64,000 nt of DNA from Pocillopora damicornis (lineage: Eukaryota), in the NCBI RefSeq assembly GCF_003704095.1, contig NW_020847187.1, positions 62,001 to 126,000 of the forward strand, given 5' to 3'. Positions 58,562 to 64,000 of the stretch are shown here, piece by piece. Below the pieces are notes generated by a model that was not told the DNA's origin, ran no database searches, and saw nothing but the letters and a program-made list of their open reading frames with translations. The translations under genes and the position numbers were made by a program. The number at the start of each line of letters is the position of its first letter. The stretch's first letter is position 1.

Positions 58562-60335
58562 CCCTCGGTAGTAACAAAACAACTCATATCTTTTTTTTCT
58601 TTTAGGGATGTTTTTAGATAACTTTCTGGTGTTTGTTTCTTTAACAAATAGTTATGTTGTTTGATGAGAAATCATATGCAAGCAATGTATAACTGTAAGT
58701 TCAAAGCGCTTCGATCTTTAAGGTGTAATTGGAATAAAATCATGCAATCCAGAGATTTATTGCTCATATTGTTTTCGCTTTTAATTCATCCACCAATCGA
58801 ACAAAATCCAACGCAATGCTAGATAAGAAACCGAAAGGTCCTTGGTAACCATATTTTAAATCAATATTACAATGACAGACCAAGACTTTCCTGCGCGAAA
58901 GTTGCCGATTCATTTCAATTGTACTTTAAGACCCTGATCTGACATTCCCTAGAGGATCTGAAAAAAGTGCATTTGTGCCATGGATTGATGCTATTACTCA
59001 TGATTTTCCGCTTTGGCCAAATATAAACACAGGCATTCGGAAAATTTGCGCGTACTATATGTGCATATGGTTGTTTCCTGGTCAGGTAATCAAATTCTGT
59101 TTGATTACGTCTGTTAGGCTAGGAAATTAAATCACAAATGTAAAAGGAGATCAGACAGTAAAATAAAAAAGTTCAATGATGGCTAGTCAAACGGTCTGTA
59201 TTTTTAATTTATACAAATGACCTCATAAAGTGTACGTAATTTTTGCTCAGCACTGTAAGGTTTTTTTTTGAAGGAGAGATAGTGAGACGCTTACAACTAA
59301 CCTTGTTTTTTCAAAGTAACAGGAAATCTGGGAAGTTCCTAGGAATAAATCTACAAAGCAACTCGTTCAATTCAGTTGAGGCAGTTTTAGTTTCTGGTTA
59401 AGGAGTTATGAAATAACATTCAAACAACCTGTTAGACTTCTTTCATCCACTGTTGAGATAACGAAAACAATCGCTAGTTTTCATTTAAAGCTTGAGCAAG
59501 CCAACTCATAAAATCGTGACTTCTTTATTCTGATATAAAAACAATCACCAGCCTTTTTTTAAGACCCGTGAACGCCGACTAGAGAAATAAATCTCTGTAC
59601 GTTTTAAGAGACATCTTTAAGAAAAACTCCATCAATTTTAATGACATGAAAAACGAAAGTTTGCTCCGATTTCCGTCTGGCACCTCTGTGATTGTAAATA
59701 AGCTTGTGACGTAACTGCTGTGATATTTAACCGTAAAAATATATTTTTAATTTCTATTTTGCACTTTGTGCACCAATTTCATGTAGTTCTTTAAAGAGAA
59801 ATAGATTACAGCTGGAGCGATTTAAGTCCGTATCGCCATTTCCCTCAAACGTTCTTCTATCAATGCTCTTAACTGCAACCTACTACTTTAGTTGTCTCAT
59901 CCTTTTTCAGTGTAACCTGCTCCATAAGCTTCAATGTTTAAATAAAATTACATAAAAACAACGAAATCTCGCCATTTCTGTTGGTCAGTCAACTCAAAAC
60001 ACAATGTGACTTATGACTGAAAATATTCAAAAGTTAGGGGATTGAGTCACCGTAACTAGACATCGGAAGTAGTTGTAAGTGAGCCATGTCTGGAGGGTTC
60101 TAGCAAAGACCAGAGGACTTCTTTTATTTGGCTCCGGAAACTATTTTATATCTGACATCCAGGTAGGGAATTTAGAACGTTAAATGATAATAATGGTGAA
60201 AACTGTATTTGCATCTTAGTAAGATGAACGTCTGGTATTTGTACCATAAATTGGGTTTGTCAGAGCATCCTTATGAAATTTGTTTTTGGAGAATCCTTGT
60301 AACATATCGGAAAAAGCGTAAAAATAACACATTAC

Positions 60336-60726
60336 CTAGCACAGTTTTCTTTCCTATATTTTTGAGCCCTGATTCGCTTGCATTGTTGCTAAAAACTTTT
60401 ACAACGAAGCCATTAGTTGTTAGATTGATGTCAATTTTGCCGTCTCTCCTTTCATTGTCAAATTTTATAACGCTATATCCTAAGTCTTGAGTGCCATTAT
60501 CACTGAAACACACATTCCTATGAACAACGAAAATTGGCAACCTTCTGTCTATTAAAACCAAATGTTGTCCGTTCGCGAGCTGCATGTTTACCTTTTCATG
60601 GTTGCTCATGAGCAATGGAGTAGAGAAATTGGGAGCCACGGCAAATCGATTTGACCTGTAGCCTATTATCACGGAGATTATTGTCCACGGTATGTTTCTT
60701 CTAAATGCAAGACCAGATACTTTCAC
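60336..60726 (-). other. Unassigned open reading frame or possible exon
   Basis: 151-aa ORF with protein-like composition and a donor-like CTAG|GTAATG near 60336; no recognisable domain, and no downstream exons could be joined cleanly. Confidence 0.25.
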
Positions 60727-61865
60727 GAAATTTCAAACAAACAAAACTTCAACGTAAACCCGCTCAAAGGGGAAACTTCATTTTACGATAAGAGAAGAAA
60801 GTAAAATTAACTTTCAAGTTGAGCTCCAATCCTAGTTGTAAGGGATTCATTAATCAATTTTTGTGTTCGCAGCTGTATAACATGTCGGTCAATATTGTTA
60901 TGAATTTAGCATTCCGTCGTGATATGGTAATTTACCTGCATGAGATAATATATCTTCATGTTCAACATGTTACCCTTAGTTAATGCAGTTCTTGTCAATT
61001 CTTACATGGTAACTAGTCTTTTTATAAATTTTTCTGCAAATTGCATCAGCGCTTCTCAGTCTTAGAAATTAATTTCTTCAGAAACACTGCAGGAATTTGA
61101 TATTTTATTAAGTTGTTAAGGAAAAATACCTCATGCTATACCCACCTGCCGTGTTTATAAATCCTGTATTTATAACTTAAATGATCCGTGCAATATGTAA
61201 TACCAAGTGACCTGTCAGTTTTATCTCAGGGACAGCGCACTTTGATCAGCAAGACACACTAAAGATTGAGGTGAGACACAATTTATTAACCGTTTACATT
61301 CCATTTGATTTTTTTTATTGATTTCTTCTTCGCCTTGCCTTTACTCGTCAAACCTTTTACGAGTATACTATCTAAAAGCATAAAATTCACAGGCCTATTG
61401 GGTCGTCCAGGTAAATGTCAGCAATCTACGGATGACGGATTGCCTGCGTGAAGATTATTTGTCGTAGAGGTATATCTACGGCAAATCATCTAACACATAA
61501 TAGGAAGACTTCTACAAAATTATTTGTTCTCTGCGAGTAGTAAATTATTAGCTTTACTTATCCCCACCATCAGAAAGAAACACATAATATGTCCGATGGC
61601 GAACCTACTCCTCTCTGGGCAACATTCTAGACTTAAACTTAATCCATTGATTGTGATATATATAATCGTATATCACATTGTCAACCATTAGCTCATTTGA
61701 CAAGATTTCACAAAGCATTTAAATATAAAACTTGTATAACATATTTATTAAAATTCGGTAAAAGTCCATCATACAAGATACAATAGTGTATCAAAGCAAT
61801 GATGCAACGATGCAGATGATCAGATGTTTATTCTCATACAGGTTTGGAAAACCTAGTGCACTGAT

Positions 61866-63693
61866 ATGAGGGGACTCTTAGGAATTTTTCTTCTAACATT
61901 TGGTCTCCTTGTAAGAGCTAGAGGTAAGGACACGAAAATATTATATCCACCTTAAATTAAAAAACTTTCCTGAAATTCAAAGTCACAATAGATTTTACCT
62001 TTTCCTAACGTATTCAAACTCGTTATGAGCGACTTCCCTATCTATTCTTTGCATTGTTCTACCCGAGTTAAAATCAATCGATGTAAAGCTGTTGTTTTTC
62101 CACGGCACAACTGGTGGTCTCTCACAATTGAATAATTAAAAAAAACCCTTTTCCCAATAATACTGTCTGCCTGACTGCCTTAAGCTTCCTTGGCTAATTC
62201 ATCCACACAATGAAGTAATATTATAAACGTTAACTATTCTCCTGAGTTAGAATTATCTTCCTTTGAGAATTCAGGTTTTGGAACTATTACTGCAGTTAAT
62301 AAAAGAAAATAGACAGGTTGCGCGACTAGTTTCTAAATTAAGTTTCTAAATACGCAAAAACAGAGCAAGTAGATACGCTAGTTCTATTTTCCCGCCATTG
62401 GTGATGCTAGCTCTTTTGTGTTTTACTCTGCAGAACACGACAGTTTATCTCCTACACCAGGCCTTAACGACGGTTAGTAAAACTGACAACTTTCCCGTGT
62501 GGCTGTAGAATATATATGCCCTCAATATGCTTATTCGAGAGGCTGGAAACTCGTCTCAACCAATAAAAGCCATTAACTTAAGTGTTTGGAATGGACTGCA
62601 TTCCCTATCATCAGCAACCAAATATCCAAAAATCCCCATTACAATGGATGCCAATCACTGTTTTAAAAGCGAGAAAAAAGTAAATTTTATAAAAATTGAA
62701 GAGATACTTCCCATCTTAGAGGAGTTTGTGTTATATTACAGCATTTACCGACAGCAGTGACGAAACTGCTGCACCGTCTTCGTTCTCTGATTCTGCTAGC
62801 CGTCACCATCATAACGCCAATAACGATTGGCTATCCGAAGATGATGACGATGATGACGATGACGTCATGGACGAGAGCCAGCTGAATGTGCAGCCAGCTG
62901 CCTCAGCCAAGACCGCAGCAAAAGCTGCCGCTAAACCCCTCTCTACTGGTAGGTTGAAACAATGACGGAAGTCAACAAATAAATTGAATGAAACGTTTAA
63001 GTTTGATTCTTAATAGAACTGCAATATGATAGAGAAAGAGAAAAGTTGGTTCCCAAACTGACCAGACTCAGACTTACAAGTTAAACGAAAAATATGAGTT
63101 CGATGAAAAACTAAGTATGCCTCTACTTGCTTGTTTAGTCAGTTTGCCATGAACGCCGGCGGAACGAACGAGGTCTTTTAATAACTGATTTACTTACTTT
63201 CACAGTGACTTGTTTTTATCTTATCATATTTACACAGTGCAACTGGAAAGCAAGATATTGTACGAGTTGAGCGGTTATCGAAGGTTATTCGGTGGAGGCC
63301 CTCTTTTTAGGTCGGCAACCCTTGACATTGGAGCTAAAGCCGCTAACGACAAGATGCAGAAAGGAGGCGTGATCAGGAAAGATGCCAGCATCAAACACGG
63401 ACAACTGCAGTGCATAAAATTGATAACTTCAGACAAAGTGTCCGCTGAGTGCAACTCCTTTTGGTTAAAACAAATGCAGGATTACGACTGGTCAAAACCA
63501 GCACTGAAAGATAACAACAGGTTTTTCGTCACAGCCGTTTGGATGGCAGCAACTCATGCTGGAATAGCGGTCAAAAAGGGTCCTTCTGGAAGATACTTTG
63601 TGACCATCTTGGTCGATCCCGCTCCTGATGTAAATAATCCCAAGGCTCTTCCCGATGTTAAAAAGTTGAAAGCCAATGTAAAACCATATACCG
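61866..63693 (+). CDS. Gene F (5' part): secreted protein SP-acidic/Ala-rich linker-CAP, a fourth paralog of the family; continues beyond the window
   Basis: Exons 61866-61923 (MRGLLGIFLLTFGLLVRAR), 62434-62472, 62742-62948 (poly-Asp) and 63238-63693. The CAP exon (YRRLFGGGPL, YDWSKP, AVWMAATHAGIAV, ANVKPYTG|gtaag) ends exactly like the gene E CAP exon (ENVLPYTG|gt). Confidence 0.8.
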
Positions 63694-64000
63694 GTAAGGG
63701 AACTAAGATCAACATGGCCTCCTCGATTTAATTGATTAACAAGATAATTTATCAACTCCTATAACATGTAGCTACATGTCTGTAAACGAGCAGATGATGT
63801 TCCAACGAAGAAAAAGGTCCCGGGTCATTATAATATTTTTGGAAAGCCTGTCAGGACACGCAATTATCTCCATTTGACGCCACTATCGCTTTTTAGTTTG
63901 GTCAAAACTTGTAGTTTAAAGTTGTGCAGCATAACGAGGAAGACGAAGAGACAAAAAAAATTCGAAATAAATTAAGATCAAACAGCTCGTTTAGGAGAGA

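Noticed and set aside
58394-58647. ORFs spanning the N run
   Set aside because: Artefacts of the assembly gap

Overview
This is AT-rich eukaryotic DNA with GT-AG spliceosomal introns, very likely from an anthozoan cnidarian such as a stony coral. The taxon is inferred from minicollagen-type Cys-rich domains and the repeat landscape. The window is almost entirely a cluster of secreted multidomain extracellular genes whose exons I reconstructed by hand, with consistent reading-frame phases. Gene A (minus, <1-12278): SP-PLAT-FA58C-LamG-FA58C-TSP1-FA58C-..., running off the left edge. Gene B (plus, 16995-31489, ~1177 aa): SP-PLAT-LamG-EGF-Thr-rich mucin-CAP-CTLD-SEA-CRD-CRD. Gene C (33534-34176): an 81-aa acidic prepropeptide. 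Gene D (36403-41945, ~854 aa): SP-CAP-CTLD-SEA-CRD-long acidic tail. Gene E (47321-57696, ~1793 aa): SP-VWA-LamG-EGF-mucin-CAP-CTLD-SEA-CRD-Pro/Cys/His repeats-CRD-Lys tail. Gene F (61866->64000): SP-acidic-CAP..., running off the right edge. The shared CAP + C-type lectin + terminal CRD core matches the architecture of the Hydra nematocyst wall protein NOWA. Here it appears as a tandem family with an added SEA domain, degenerate CAP sites, and exon-shuffled N- and C-terminal payloads. Introns and spacers hold MITE/SINE-like repeats, a deleted Penelope-like element, a REL-type non-LTR fragment, several minimal hammerhead-ribozyme motifs and a 100-N assembly gap.
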